Source of the DNA: Piromyces finnis finn
Taxonomy: Eukaryota; Fungi; Neocallimastigomycota
Length of the DNA stretch: 64,000 nt
Direction: 5' to 3'
Assembly: GCA_002104945.1 (NCBI GenBank)
Contig: MCFH01000029.1
Span: 558,001-622,000, forward strand
In this document: positions 63,449-64,000 of the stretch, piece by piece
Numbering within the stretch: the first letter of the stretch is position 1
How the letters are laid out: every line of letters starts with the position of its first letter
The notes under the pieces: generated by a model
What the model was told of the DNA's origin: nothing
Database searches by the model: none
What the model saw: the letters and a program-made list of their open reading frames with translations, nothing else
Made by a program: the position numbers and the translations under genes

Positions 63449-64000
63449 TTAATGGTTAATTCTTTTTCTCTTTGGAGAAGTAACAATCACATATGGATCC
63501 TTTAACTGATATGTAATGAGTTGATAAGCACATTTAAAAAGTATAATCCATTCTCTTGCTTTCTTTTTATAAATATATAAAAGAATAGCTGTAAATAATA
63601 AAGGAGAAGAATATTGTATATACTGAATGAAGAATGCCAATTTTTCCAAAACCAATTTTATCCTCATAATCTCCATACGTTTTTGTTGATATTCATAATA
63701 CTCATCATCATCATATCTAAAACTTTTTTCAAAATACATTGAATTATTATTATTGATGTTATTATTATTATTATTATAAGATTCCATTTGTATATTATCA
63801 AACATGACTGATTCACTTCTATTAAAATTATAAAATGGTGCTTGTGACATAGTTATAGGATTTATAAAGGAATCATTTCTAGCTGGATAATCAATAAATT
63901 CGTTTCTAGCTTGATACTCATTTGGATCATTTATATTGTATCGCATTGAGCGACTATCATTATTATAGAAATCAGTAGATTGATTATAGTTACGATTATC
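63449..64000 (-). CDS. 3' end of an unidentified protein-coding gene (runs off the window)
   Basis: The frame is open from 64000 to the stop at 63449 (>180 codons, with coding-like GC). N/Y/D-rich stretch followed by a helical C-terminus (KLVLEKLAFFIQYIQY..WIILFKCAYQLITYQLKDP). No family recognised. Confidence 0.6.
   Translation of the reverse strand, partial: DNRNYNQSTDFYNNDSRSMRYNINDPNEYQARNEFIDYPARNDSFINPITMSQAPFYNFNRSESVMFDNIQMESYNNNNNNINNNNSMYFEKSFRYDDDEYYEYQQKRMEIMRIKLVLEKLAFFIQYIQYSSPLLFTAILLYIYKKKAREWIILFKCAYQLITYQLKDPYVIVTSPKRKRINH

Overview
Extremely AT-rich, intron-rich eukaryotic DNA. The best fit is an anaerobic gut fungus (Neocallimastigomycota), inferred from fungal dockerin repeats, flagellar genes and a beta-helix/EGF/7TM receptor. 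About 14 spliced protein genes: YPI1/PPP1R11 (5'-partial), a class I HDAC, a copine, CDC6, a DUF4598/NOPCHAP1-like protein, HTATSF1/CUS2, a large beta-helix-EGF-7TM receptor, a GH45 subfamily-C-like enzyme with 3 dockerins and a CBM1, IFT52, an FAD-dependent oxidoreductase, COP1, a divergent CDC42, SPEF2 and a partial unknown gene. The most striking non-genic signal is a tRNA-derived SINE. One copy is full length (47474-48056) with a B-box, a ~48-nt poly(A) tail and a perfect 13-bp target-site duplication; a second, diverged, 5'-truncated copy lies on the opposite strand (~5124-5410). There is also a MITE-like element with palindromic TIRs and an unexplained GC-richer fold-back island. Gene models were spliced by eye and family calls come from remembered motifs; no database search was run.
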